DNA from: Vulcanimicrobiota bacterium
GTDB lineage: Bacteria > Vulcanimicrobiota > Xenobia > Xenobiales > JADMJV01
Direction of reading: 5' to 3'
DNA: 64,000 nucleotides
Assembly (NCBI GenBank): GCA_050250895.1
Contig: JBFWNU010000001.1
Span: 3,459,247 to 3,523,246 of the forward strand
Part shown: in pieces, positions 24,580-33,206 of the stretch
How the letters are laid out: each line of letters begins with the position of its first letter
How positions within the stretch are numbered: position 1 is the stretch's first letter
Position numbers and translations under genes: made by a program
Notes under the pieces: model-generated
Databases searched by the model: none
The model's input: only the letters and a program-made list of their open reading frames with translations
What the model was told of the DNA's origin: nothing

Positions 24580-25818
24580 ATGGCAGTTCCTGGCATCGCT
24601 TTCGGGGGGCAAAATTTCGCAACCAATCAACTTTTTCAACGGCCGCTCAGCAGCCCACCGCTACAGCAGATCGCCGGAAACCCTCAGTTAGCCGGTCAGT
24701 TTCAGCAGCTTCTTCAGGTCCTGATCGGCGCCCTCTCGCAGCTCAGCCAGGGCTACCAGTCCTTCGGCGGCTACCCCACCCCTGGTTTCCCCAATCCAGG
24801 CTTCCCTGGACAGCCCCCCTTCGGAACTCCTCCCTTCGGCACTCCCACCCCGGGGACGCCGATTTTCGGCGGCTACAACCCACCCGTGGGCGGCTATCCC
24901 ACCCCCGGCACGCCGACCTTTCCCCCCGCACCCGGTGGCGCCAGCCCCACCGATCCTCGCTTTTTCAACTGGGGCGTAGCCGCCCATAACGGCAACGCCA
25001 AGCAAGCCGTCAGCACCCAACAGCGCACCAGCATCAGCGGCCTCGACGACGGCCAGCGCGCCATTCTTCACCTCTGGGGTCGTCAGATGACGGCCGGCGG
25101 CAAGCAAGACGGCAGTATCTATTTCAACGTGCTCAATGACAAGACCGGCGCCTTCACCCCGGCCGAGCACGCCCTGGTCGAGCAGGCCTACGCCCGCGAG
25201 ATGGCGATGTATGGCGGCGTCACCGGTAAAGAGCTAGATCGCGCTTTCTTCGGCCTCTACGGCCAGATGACCGGCGAAGACATCTCGGGCAAGTATGGCA
25301 ACGCGCCGGTCCACTTCTCTAACGGCCAGCAACTGGATCTCAGCAACAATAACCAGGCTCTGGGAGAGTTCGGCAACACGGTGATGCGCCTGTGGGGTCA
25401 CGACCGTCTCGACAACGGCCGCAACGACGGCTCGATCCTGGCCTTCAGCCTGCAGAATCCCGACGTTGCCTTCGACTCGGCGGCCTCGGGGGCCAACCAG
25501 CAGACCATCGAGTCGCTGGCTGCCGCCGATATGGCCGACGACGGCGTGTTGAACAACAGCAGCCTCTCCAAGGCTTTCAGTCAGACCCTCGACCAGGCCT
25601 ACTTCGGAGCCCCCTCTGGCAACAATCAGCAGGTGCTCCAGGGGGCCGGCATCAGCACTGTCCAGGTCGGCTCGATTCTCGATAAGATCAAGAACTCGCC
25701 CATCCCGGGTGTGCCGGCCGGAGTCGACATCACCAACATCGCCAACATCGGCAAATGCCCGGTCCTGGGTCAGTCGGTTCAACAGAGCGGTCTCGGCGGC
25801 GTTGGCTTCTTCGGCTAA
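24580..25818 (+). CDS. Hypothetical Pro/Gly-rich protein with duplicated LWG...DGSI module
   Basis: 412 aa. GYPTPG/FGTP repeats at residues about 70-115. Two similar modules (AILHLWGRQMTAGGKQDGSIYFNVLN and TVMRLWGHDRLDNGRNDGSILAFSLQN). No signal peptide recognised. Confidence 0.6.
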   Translation: MAVPGIAFGGQNFATNQLFQRPLSSPPLQQIAGNPQLAGQFQQLLQVLIGALSQLSQGYQSFGGYPTPGFPNPGFPGQPPFGTPPFGTPTPGTPIFGGYNPPVGGYPTPGTPTFPPAPGGASPTDPRFFNWGVAAHNGNAKQAVSTQQRTSISGLDDGQRAILHLWGRQMTAGGKQDGSIYFNVLNDKTGAFTPAEHALVEQAYAREMAMYGGVTGKELDRAFFGLYGQMTGEDISGKYGNAPVHFSNGQQLDLSNNNQALGEFGNTVMRLWGHDRLDNGRNDGSILAFSLQNPDVAFDSAASGANQQTIESLAAADMADDGVLNNSSLSKAFSQTLDQAYFGAPSGNNQQVLQGAGISTVQVGSILDKIKNSPIPGVPAGVDITNIANIGKCPVLGQSVQQSGLGGVGFFG

Positions 25819-25839
25819 CCCAGCGCAGGCATAGCGGCA

Positions 25840-26664
25840 GTGAAGCCGATCGCAGTGAAAGTCTGGCAGCCAATCTGGCTGCCGGGCGTTTCTCTTAGAG
25901 AGACCACCGCACTTCAAGAGCGAGAGCTGCCGTGCCACGTTCACCACAGCGATATCTTCACGCTGGCTCTTTCGGGTGGGGGCGAGATCACCGATGTGAT
26001 CTCGGGCAAGACCTTTTTGGTCGAAGAGGGCGATTGTATGGTCGGCCACGCCGGCACCGCCCTTTCGGGCCGGATCATCGGTCGTAGTCTAAGCCTGGTT
26101 CTGCCAGGCAGAGCGAGCCGTTCTCGCCAGGCACTGCAGCGACGAACCGAGCATTCCGTGCGCGATGAGGTGCTGGTCGCCAGGTTTTTGGAGTTGTTTG
26201 GGGGGCTTACCAGGGCCGACGACCTGGACCAGCAATTGCATTTGATGGAGCAGCTCACGAGCTGTCTGCAGGACTTCGAACTGGCCGGGCCCTGCTCGGC
26301 CGGGCCCCGGGTCACGCCCGAGCAGACGGAGGTCCTCGAGCGAGTGCGCGCTCAGATCGACGAGCGCCCAGGCCGGAAGCTGACCCTCGAGGAGCTGGCC
26401 CGCCAGGTGAGTTGGCATCCCCACCATTTGCAGAAGCTCTTTCGAGCCCGCTACGGTTTATCGCCCGGGCGCTATCAGAATCAGTTGCGCCTGGAACAGG
26501 CCGTGCGTCTGCTGCGCGAGCAACGGGCCGCAGCCGAAGTGGCCCTCGAGGTCGGCTTCACCGACCAGAGCCATCTGATTCGAGCCTTCCGTCGTTGGCA
26601 CGGGTGCACCCCCGCCGCCTACATGTCAAGTTTGTCCAATCCGTCCGGCGGCTGGGTCGAGTAA
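25840..26664 (+). CDS. AraC family transcriptional regulator
   Basis: C-terminal dual HTH (LEELARQVSWHPHHLQKLFRARYGLSPGRYQNQLRLEQAVRLL...VGFTDQSHLIRAFRRWHGCTPAAY) with an N-terminal cupin-like domain. GTG start. Confidence 0.88.
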   Translation: MKPIAVKVWQPIWLPGVSLRETTALQERELPCHVHHSDIFTLALSGGGEITDVISGKTFLVEEGDCMVGHAGTALSGRIIGRSLSLVLPGRASRSRQALQRRTEHSVRDEVLVARFLELFGGLTRADDLDQQLHLMEQLTSCLQDFELAGPCSAGPRVTPEQTEVLERVRAQIDERPGRKLTLEELARQVSWHPHHLQKLFRARYGLSPGRYQNQLRLEQAVRLLREQRAAAEVALEVGFTDQSHLIRAFRRWHGCTPAAYMSSLSNPSGGWVE

Positions 26665-26673
26665 AGTTGCAAT

Positions 26674-27339
26674 ATGATATTCACTCAAGAACAAGCCTCA
26701 ACCTACAATGATCGTTACGAACGCTTGGCGCCCCTCAAGGACGTCCTCCATCTGTGCGCGGCTCGCGTGCTCGAGCCTTTGCCGCCCCAAGCCCGAGTGC
26801 TGGTGGTGGGAGCCGGAACCGGCAACGAGTTGCTCTATCTGGCCGAGCATTTTCCAGCCTGGCAATTTACTGTGGTCGAGCCTTCTGAACCGATGCTGGC
26901 CGTCTGTCGCGAGCGGGTCGAGCAAGCCGGCATCGCCGGGCGGACCACCCTGGTTCATGGCTTTCTGGAAGATGTTGCGGTCGAGCCGCACCACGGAGCC
27001 ACCAGCTTCTTGGTGTCTCATTTCCTGACCGAGCGCGACCGTCGGCTGGGCTTCTTTCGGGCCATCGCCGCGCGGCTTCACCCCGGCGGAGTCCTGGTCA
27101 ACGCCGACTTGACTCACGGTGGAGAGGATCACGAGCAAGTGATGGACCTGTGGTTTCGAACCCTGAGCTACTCTTTCCCGGAGTCGTTCCAGGTCGACAA
27201 CTATCTCGAGCACTTCAACCGCGAGGTTTCGCTCTTGGCCGATGACGAGATTCGCCGGTTGCTGGTCGAAGCCGGGTTTCGCCAACCGACACTGTTCTTG
27301 AAGACCCTGATGATCAACGCCTGGTTTGCTCGTCTGTAA
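26674..27339 (+). CDS. Class I SAM-dependent methyltransferase
   Basis: Motif I VLVVGAGTGNELLYLA and post-I FTVVEPSEPML. 221 aa. Confidence 0.85.
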   Translation: MIFTQEQASTYNDRYERLAPLKDVLHLCAARVLEPLPPQARVLVVGAGTGNELLYLAEHFPAWQFTVVEPSEPMLAVCRERVEQAGIAGRTTLVHGFLEDVAVEPHHGATSFLVSHFLTERDRRLGFFRAIAARLHPGGVLVNADLTHGGEDHEQVMDLWFRTLSYSFPESFQVDNYLEHFNREVSLLADDEIRRLLVEAGFRQPTLFLKTLMINAWFARL

Positions 27340-27374
27340 GCACTCTTTCAGCGCCTTGCTCTAACCTTCAGGCT

Positions 27375-27974
27375 ATGAGGATTGTGTCTACGCCACCCAC
27401 TCGCGCCGCCGGCGCGGCCGACTTCTTGAGCGACAAGCAGCAAAGCGAATTCCAGACGCTCGACCGACAGATCGATAGCTGGTCTGGTCGCCTGGAGCGC
27501 AATCGCCGCTTGCTCGAGGCCGAGCGCGGCGACCGGCTGGCGGGATGCTCGAGCGAGCTTTACGACGCCTGCTGGAAGACCACCACCGAGAAACACAAGC
27601 CCTACTTCATGGCTGCTTGCCTGGGCACGATGTTTGCCGGGGCGGCGGGTGGCGCCTGGGCCACCCTGGCCGGCGCGCCTCAGTTGGCTGGCGCCATCGC
27701 GCTGGGCGGCCTGGTGGGCTGCTTTTACGCCACTCCCCGGTTTTATGCGGGGGCGGTCAAGAAGTTCGTCCTTCCCGGTCAGATGGACAAGCTGGTGGTG
27801 CCCGCCCTCGAGCAAGAGAGCGCCCGCCTGACCGCCTCGGTAGCCGCAGCCAAAGAGCGTCGCCAGAGCATGCTCGACCAGGCACTGTCCGGCTCTCAGC
27901 CGCCCAACCTGAGCCTGGAAGTGGACGAGGCCTACGTGATCATCAACGGCCAATCCATCGAAGTTCTCGACTAG
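27375..27974 (+). CDS. Hypothetical membrane protein (coiled N-terminus, Gly/Ala-rich TM hairpin)
   Basis: 199 aa with hydrophobic segments FMAACLGTMFAGAAGGAWATLAG and LAGAIALGGLVGCFYA. No family recognised. Confidence 0.55.
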   Translation: MRIVSTPPTRAAGAADFLSDKQQSEFQTLDRQIDSWSGRLERNRRLLEAERGDRLAGCSSELYDACWKTTTEKHKPYFMAACLGTMFAGAAGGAWATLAGAPQLAGAIALGGLVGCFYATPRFYAGAVKKFVLPGQMDKLVVPALEQESARLTASVAAAKERRQSMLDQALSGSQPPNLSLEVDEAYVIINGQSIEVLD

Positions 27975-28009
27975 GCTGGCGGGCCTGGGCGGGCTGCGGG
28001 ACTGCCAAC

Positions 28010-28335
28010 TTCCACCGGGCGATCGCCGCCCCTGGCCTTGGCCAGCCCGCTGGCCGTGCCCCAACCGGGGTGGGCGAAATCCCCCAGCCGGGGTGGGCGA
28101 TCGCTGGCCTGGGCCAGCCCGCCAGCCGTGGCCCCACCCGGAGTGGGCGAAATCCCCCAGCCGGAGTGGGCGATCGCTAGCCTTGGCCAGCCCGCCAGCC
28201 GTGGCCCCACCCGGAGTGGGCGAAATCCCCCAGCCGGGGTGGGCGATCGCTGGGCTTGACCACGGCCGGTGGCCGTGGCCCCACCCGGGGTGGGCGAAAT
28301 CCCCCAGCCGGAGTGGGCGATCGCTGGCTCCCGCG
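28010..28335. repeat. Intergenic tandem repeat, about 73-bp unit, 4-5 copies, each carrying GGGCGATCGC
   Basis: The GGGCGA(TCGC) anchor recurs at 28017, 28095, 28168, 28241 and 28315. GGGCGAAATCCCCCAGCCGG recurs at 28072, 28145, 28218 and 28292 (periods 73, 73, 74). Each unit is an internal duplication of about 36 bp. Confidence 0.9.
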
Positions 28336-28430
28336 AAAAGCCGGAGCAAGCCGGGTCTGGCGGCGGGCGTGCTCCCGCGAAATGCCGGAGTAAACCGGAC
28401 CACGGCCCCGGCTCCCGCGAAATCCCGGAG
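28327..28430. repeat. Three copies of GCTCCCGCGAAAnnCCGGAG spaced 40-44 bp
   Basis: Copies start at 28327, 28371 and 28411. Confidence 0.8.
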
Positions 28431-28578
28431 CCTGTTCCGACAAAGCCCGGGAGCCAGCGGGCGCTCACCGGGCCTCCGGCGAGCGCTAGGAACACCCACT
28501 TCCGCGCGGAAGTCACGATGGCGGCGCGCTTCGGCGGTAGCTGGGAGCGGCCACTTCCACCTGGAAGTTGCGGCCCGG

Positions 28579-29574
28579 CTAGGCGGGTTTGGCGCGTTTG
28601 CGCAACCAGGCCACCAGCGGCGCGACCACCAGTCCTATCAGGGCTCCTAACAAGACCTCGGCTAAGCCTCCGAGCATTCTGGCATAGCTGAAACTGCGCG
28701 AGATCTGTTCGAGGTCGAACGTTCCCGAGGCGATGGCGCTGCCGCCGGCCACGCCGACACCTGTGAAGAGGCAGCCGGCCAGCAGGGCCAGTAAAGGTCT
28801 GGGTCCGGCCAGCAGAATGGCCAGAGCCAGGCCGAGAAAGCCGCCGACCCAGCGATAGACAGGCGTGGGGTCGCTGCCCACCTTGCCCACCGTCAAAGCC
28901 AGATAGTCGGCTGGCACGCCCTCGAACTTGCCGGTCAGGTTGTCGCCCTGGCGTTCTAGTTTGAGGTTGCTGGTCTGCTCGAAGCCCTGGGGCAGGATCA
29001 CCTCGACCTCCAGGGTGCCGAACGAGGCCCAGGCTTTGGCCGGGCTGAGCAAATAGACGAGCTGATGCTCACGATAGACCCGGTCGGTGGGGTGGTAGGC
29101 GCCGGGCAGGCATTCATAGCTCACCTCGAGTTTGTGCTGGCCAGGGGTGAGAACAGGTTGAAAGCGCAGGCCGCCCAGCCCGTCTTCATACTCGCTGTTG
29201 GTCGTTCCACCGTCGAGAGACGGCACTTTCTCAGGCGGAGCCCAGTCGGGAGGAGCCTCGCTGACCTCGACCTTCTCGGCTTGGATCGGCTGGCCGTCGA
29301 GGCTGACCTGGCATTTATCCAGGGCCACGCTCACGAACAGCAACTCGGGGCTCTTCAGGCCGGCAGTATTCTCGAGGTCGTAGACGGCCGTGATCCTGGC
29401 CCGGCCGTTGCGCTCGCTCAACGAGGTCAGGTCGAGGGTCAGGCGCTCGTGGCGTACGTGCAGGTCGGCCAGGGCACCCACCGGTTCGCCCACGGCATCC
29501 CCGCGTTGCCAGGGGCTGGCCATGTTGGCGCTGGCGGGCAGGACGAGACAAAGCAGAAGGAGTAAGGTTCTCAC
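28579..29574 (-). CDS. Hypothetical exported protein with C-terminal transmembrane anchor region
   Basis: Signal peptide MRTLLLLLCLVLPASA. Beta-rich ectodomain. Three or four hydrophobic helices at the C-terminus ending in basic WLRKRAKPA. Confidence 0.65.
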   Translation of the reverse strand: MRTLLLLLCLVLPASANMASPWQRGDAVGEPVGALADLHVRHERLTLDLTSLSERNGRARITAVYDLENTAGLKSPELLFVSVALDKCQVSLDGQPIQAEKVEVSEAPPDWAPPEKVPSLDGGTTNSEYEDGLGGLRFQPVLTPGQHKLEVSYECLPGAYHPTDRVYREHQLVYLLSPAKAWASFGTLEVEVILPQGFEQTSNLKLERQGDNLTGKFEGVPADYLALTVGKVGSDPTPVYRWVGGFLGLALAILLAGPRPLLALLAGCLFTGVGVAGGSAIASGTFDLEQISRSFSYARMLGGLAEVLLGALIGLVVAPLVAWLRKRAKPA

Positions 29575-29610
29575 CCCGGCGAGTTCGTGGCCGCTCGGGC
29601 CTGCGCCTGG

Positions 29611-29949
29611 CTAAAGCTCGAGCTGGGTGCCGAAAAGGACGTAATAGTTCTCGCTGGCCGCTTGAGCCATTTCAGGGTCCTCCAGGTGCCGGCGGCAGAG
29701 TTCGAGGCGTTCCGCCATTCTGGCTGGACCGAAGTGGGTCGACAGCACCCGCAGGTCGTCGAGGTCCTTGGTGCGCCGCGACATCAGCTTGCCGGTGGCC
29801 ACGTCGAGCGGATCGACGCAGTGGGCCTCGATGCGGAACAGGCGGGTGCGGTAGTCGGGCGATGGCTCGCAAACCTGCTGCTCGATCGCTTTGGCCAACT
29901 CGTTGGCGTCGAGCCTGGGGATGCGAGTTGTCAGCGTCCATAGGTCCAC
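29611..29949 (-). CDS. Hypothetical protein (112 aa)
   Basis: Protein-like composition. KLMSRRTKDLDDLRVL faintly resembles DUF6036/nucleotidyltransferase-associated helices, but I cannot support a family call. Confidence 0.45.
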   Translation of the reverse strand: MDLWTLTTRIPRLDANELAKAIEQQVCEPSPDYRTRLFRIEAHCVDPLDVATGKLMSRRTKDLDDLRVLSTHFGPARMAERLELCRRHLEDPEMAQAASENYYVLFGTQLEL

Positions 29950-29989
29950 TCTGAGGATTTCTCAGGTCAGCCGGCTCGATCCTGGAAGG

Positions 29990-31222
29990 TCAGGCCGAGC
30001 CCGAGGCCGGCCAGTCGCGTTCGAGCACGCAGCCCCGGCGCAAATCGGCCAGGGAATAGTGGGTGCCGCGCCAGGTGGTGCCGTCGTTGACATAGGCGCG
30101 CAGGGTGCCCCACACCAGGGCGGCGCACAGGACCGGGATCATCAAGAGCTGAGTCAGTCCCTCGGCGCCGCTGCCGCCGGCCAGTCGCCGGGCGGCCAGG
30201 CCGTGAGCAGCCGTGGCCAGGGCGAAGGCGAGCAGGCTGGGCAGACTGGGGCCGAGCCAGAGCGGGCTGGCCAGAATCGCAAAGATGGCTAGCGGAAAGA
30301 TGGCTTGCCAGGGCTGCCATTCTAGCGCGCACAGGGCGCGCTCGGCGTGGGCCCGCCAGGCCTTGAAGAGGCCCGGCATCCACTCCACCTCCAGGCAGTC
30401 GGTCAAATCGACCAGGGCCTGGTGCACACCGCTGCGGCGCAAGACCATGCCCAGCTTCATGTCGTCGGCCATGTCCATGGCCACCGCGGCGTAGCCTCCT
30501 ATCCGTTCATAATCGCTGCGACGAATCAGGTTGAACGCGCCCACCCCGGCATAGCCGGCGCTGCCGGGGTGGGCAAGCTGCCAGCAGCGAAAGCGGATCA
30601 GAATCCACATCAGGCTCGAGCTGAGAAAGGCCCGTTCCCAGAACGTGCGGGCCACGATCAAGGGCATTCCGGCCAGGTGGCCCAGGTCGTGGGCCAGCGC
30701 GTGGGCCATTGCCTGGCGCAACACCCCCGGTCCGTGGTGGACATCGCCATCGGTGAAGAGCACCCAGTCACCACTCGCCTGGGCGGCGCCGCGATGGCAG
30801 GCGTGATTCTTCCCCAGCCAGCCCGGGGGAAGGTCGTGGATGTGAACCACCTTGAGACGCGGGTCGGCCGCTGCCAGCCGCTCGAGAATCTCGCCGGTGC
30901 CGTCGTCGGAGCGGTCGTTGACGGCGATCACCTCAAGCGCGGGATAGTCGCTGGCAAGGAGCGAGCGGGTGGCCGATTCGACGGCTACCGCCTCATTGCG
31001 CGAAGGAGCGATCACACTGACTCGGGGCCATTGGGTTGGCTCGGGCCCCTGGGGCCGGGGAGTGCTGCGCACGGCCAGATTGACGAACCAGAGCACCGCC
31101 GCCCAGAGAATGACCGGCAGCCATGGGTAACAGCCAGGTAAACTGCTGTTGCCAAGAGTTGAACCGGTGGCGAGATGCCAGAATCCGTCGACCAGGGTCA
31201 GCCAGGAAGTGATATAAATCAT
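29990..31222 (-). CDS. Membrane-bound family 2 glycosyltransferase
   Basis: VSVIAPSRNEA...SDYPALEVIAVNDRSDDGT (GT-A DxD region), FTDGD, with N- and C-terminal TM helices. Confidence 0.8.
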   Translation of the reverse strand: MIYITSWLTLVDGFWHLATGSTLGNSSLPGCYPWLPVILWAAVLWFVNLAVRSTPRPQGPEPTQWPRVSVIAPSRNEAVAVESATRSLLASDYPALEVIAVNDRSDDGTGEILERLAAADPRLKVVHIHDLPPGWLGKNHACHRGAAQASGDWVLFTDGDVHHGPGVLRQAMAHALAHDLGHLAGMPLIVARTFWERAFLSSSLMWILIRFRCWQLAHPGSAGYAGVGAFNLIRRSDYERIGGYAAVAMDMADDMKLGMVLRRSGVHQALVDLTDCLEVEWMPGLFKAWRAHAERALCALEWQPWQAIFPLAIFAILASPLWLGPSLPSLLAFALATAAHGLAARRLAGGSGAEGLTQLLMIPVLCAALVWGTLRAYVNDGTTWRGTHYSLADLRRGCVLERDWPASGSA

Positions 31223-31245
31223 TTAGCTCCGTAAACCGTCTGGGA

Positions 31246-32481
31246 TTGACTGAAGACGTGGTTCTTAGAAACCGAGATTTCGCCCTGCTCTGGTGTGGTC
31301 AGCTGGTCTCGCAGCTGGGCAACCAGTTCAACTACATCGCCCTGGCCTGGCTGGTGCTGACCACCACCGGGTCGAGCGTCGCCATGAGCGGCGTGTTTCT
31401 GGCCCAGGTCTTACCCAACGCGCTGTTCGGCTGTTTTGCCGGGGTGGTGGTTGACCGCTGCGACCGTCGCCGGTTGATGCTGTTCACTGACTGGCTGCGG
31501 GCCGGGCTGGTCCTGGCGCTGCCTGGACTGGTGCTGTATGGCGCCTTGCCGCTGGCGGCCATCTATGGGGTAACCTTCCTGGTGTCGAGCTTGAGCCTGC
31601 TTTTCTATGCCAGCGAGAAGTCGATGCTGCCCAACCTGGTCAGCTCCGACGAGCTGACCGAAGCCAACGCTTATTCAGAAATGACGGCTCAGGCAGCCGG
31701 CCTGGTGGGCCCGGTCCTGGCGGGGCTGTTGGTGGCCGTCTTGCCTTCGCCCGTCTATGTGCTTTTTTTGGATGGCGCAAGCTTTGCGGTCTCGGCCCTG
31801 ACTTTGCTGGCCATGCGTTGGCGCGACGCGCGCAGACCCACCGAGCGCCTGCGGGTCAGCCAGTGGCTGAGCGAGGGCCTGGCGGGCATCCGCTACCTGG
31901 TGCGCGGTCGCTTCTTGCGCATCGTTTTTCTCACCGCCACGGCCGTTAATTTTCTGGTCATGCCGTTTGCGGTGGTCTTTCCGGTCTATGCCAGAGAGGT
32001 GCTGCTGGCCGGTGCCCCCGGTTTTGGCTGGCTGATGGGAGGCATCGGAGCCGGTATGCTTCTTGGCTCCCTGGCGGCCGGCTGGCTGGCGCGGCGCCTC
32101 GAGCCGGCCGTGATCGTGTATGCCGGCATGGCTCTGTTGGGAGTCAGCTTCGCCCTGATGGCTCACGTCGATCACCTGGGTCCCGCGATTTTGTTAGCCG
32201 CGGTGGCCGGCTTTGGGGTTTCGCCCGGCAACGCCGTGATCCTGACGATGGTGCAGCGGACCACTCCTGAAGAGATGCAGGGCCGGGTGTTTTCGAGTCT
32301 TTTTGCGGTAGTGGGGATGGCCGCCCCGCTGGGGGTGGGATTGGCCGGTCCCCTGTTGGGGGTGGTGGGACCGGCGACCTTGTTGGGCTGGATCGGCGGG
32401 CTGACTCTTTTGGCGGCCGGGTGGGGTTATCTGCTGTTGGCCGAAGAGCCCATCAGCCTTGCAGGTTGCGAGCCAGAATGA
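31246..32481 (+). CDS. MFS transporter
   Basis: About 12 predicted TM helices. N-terminus RNRDFALLWCGQLVSQLGN and a VVDRCDRRR loop typical of enterobactin-exporter-like MFS proteins. TTG at 31246 or GTG at 31258. Confidence 0.82.
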   Translation: MTEDVVLRNRDFALLWCGQLVSQLGNQFNYIALAWLVLTTTGSSVAMSGVFLAQVLPNALFGCFAGVVVDRCDRRRLMLFTDWLRAGLVLALPGLVLYGALPLAAIYGVTFLVSSLSLLFYASEKSMLPNLVSSDELTEANAYSEMTAQAAGLVGPVLAGLLVAVLPSPVYVLFLDGASFAVSALTLLAMRWRDARRPTERLRVSQWLSEGLAGIRYLVRGRFLRIVFLTATAVNFLVMPFAVVFPVYAREVLLAGAPGFGWLMGGIGAGMLLGSLAAGWLARRLEPAVIVYAGMALLGVSFALMAHVDHLGPAILLAAVAGFGVSPGNAVILTMVQRTTPEEMQGRVFSSLFAVVGMAAPLGVGLAGPLLGVVGPATLLGWIGGLTLLAAGWGYLLLAEEPISLAGCEPE

Positions 32482-33163
32482 CCAGCGCCACCACCACCAG
32501 CATGACGCCGAAGCCCTGTTTGAGCTGTTCTTGATCGACCCGGCGGGCCAGTTTGGTGCCCGCGTACATTCCCGCCAGGGCAGCGGTCAGAAAGCCGGCC
32601 ACCAGACCCCAATCGAAGTGAGTCGTGCGCGAATAGCCCAGCAGGCCTACTGCCGAGTTGGCCGCGATGATAGCCAATGAGGTGGGCACTGCCGCGCTCA
32701 TCTCGAGGCCGACCAGCAACACCAGGGCTGGCACGATGAGAAAGCCTCCACCCACTCCTACCAAACCGGTGAAAAGGCCCACTCCGAAGGCTTGCAGCGC
32801 CAGGGGTATCTTTAGGGGCCGGCGCTCTTTCTTGAGCATTCCGGCGGCCGAGCCCAGCATCATCACGGCAAAGAGAATCATCTGGGCCGGCCCGCTCATC
32901 CAGTGGGCTAGAAAGGTGCCCAGGGCCGTGCCGAACGAGCCGAACAGGGCGAAGAAGAGAGCTGTCCTCCAGACCACTGCCTTATGATGAACAGCCGCTC
33001 CCACCAGCGCGATGGCGCCCACGATGGCCAAACTGGTGGCGATCGCCGTTTTGGCTTCGAGCCCACCCACCTCGTGCAGGATCGGAACGGCCAGGATCGA
33101 GCCACCGGCACCGAGCATCCCGAGGGAGACACCCACCAGAGCCGCTAAAAAATAGAATAACAT
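32453..33163 (-). CDS. TauE/SafE family sulfite exporter-like membrane protein
   Basis: MLFYFLAALVGVSLGMLGAGGSILAVP and the second half-repeat GLVGVGGGFLIVPALV. 236 aa. Confidence 0.85.
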   Translation of the reverse strand: MLFYFLAALVGVSLGMLGAGGSILAVPILHEVGGLEAKTAIATSLAIVGAIALVGAAVHHKAVVWRTALFFALFGSFGTALGTFLAHWMSGPAQMILFAVMMLGSAAGMLKKERRPLKIPLALQAFGVGLFTGLVGVGGGFLIVPALVLLVGLEMSAAVPTSLAIIAANSAVGLLGYSRTTHFDWGLVAGFLTAALAGMYAGTKLARRVDQEQLKQGFGVMLVVVALVILARNLQG

Positions 33164-33206
33164 CTGTATATGTAAATATATTGTCTCTGCCGGGAAAACG
33201 CAAGCC

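Noticed and set aside
15161-24580. Search for a lasso B2 protease, McjD-like ABC exporter or lasso isopeptidase inside the cluster
   Set aside because: Every ORF of 60 aa or more and every gap was examined and none has transglutaminase-core-like or ABC signatures. The absence is reported as a finding rather than forcing a call. The MFS transporter at 31246 is too far away and separated by unrelated genes to be assigned to the cluster.
15029-24580. Classifying the RiPP region as a mobile genomic island
   Set aside because: There is no integrase, transposase or recombinase, and I found no direct repeat of the tRNA-Ser 3' end at the distal boundary. The only evidence is adjacency to the tRNA and an AT-rich flank, so it is kept as a low-interest hypothesis and not annotated as a mobile element.
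27348-28650. Long ORFs on both strands across the 28-kb repeat region (e.g. 27348-28499, 27971-28516, 28093-28650)
   Set aside because: Their translations are periodic Pro/Gly/Arg/Trp-rich copies of the DNA repeat (e.g. PTPGGATAGGLA..., GEIPQPGWAIAG...). They overlap one another in several frames, and some overlap the well-supported 27375-27974 CDS. They are most likely open only because of GC richness and repetition.
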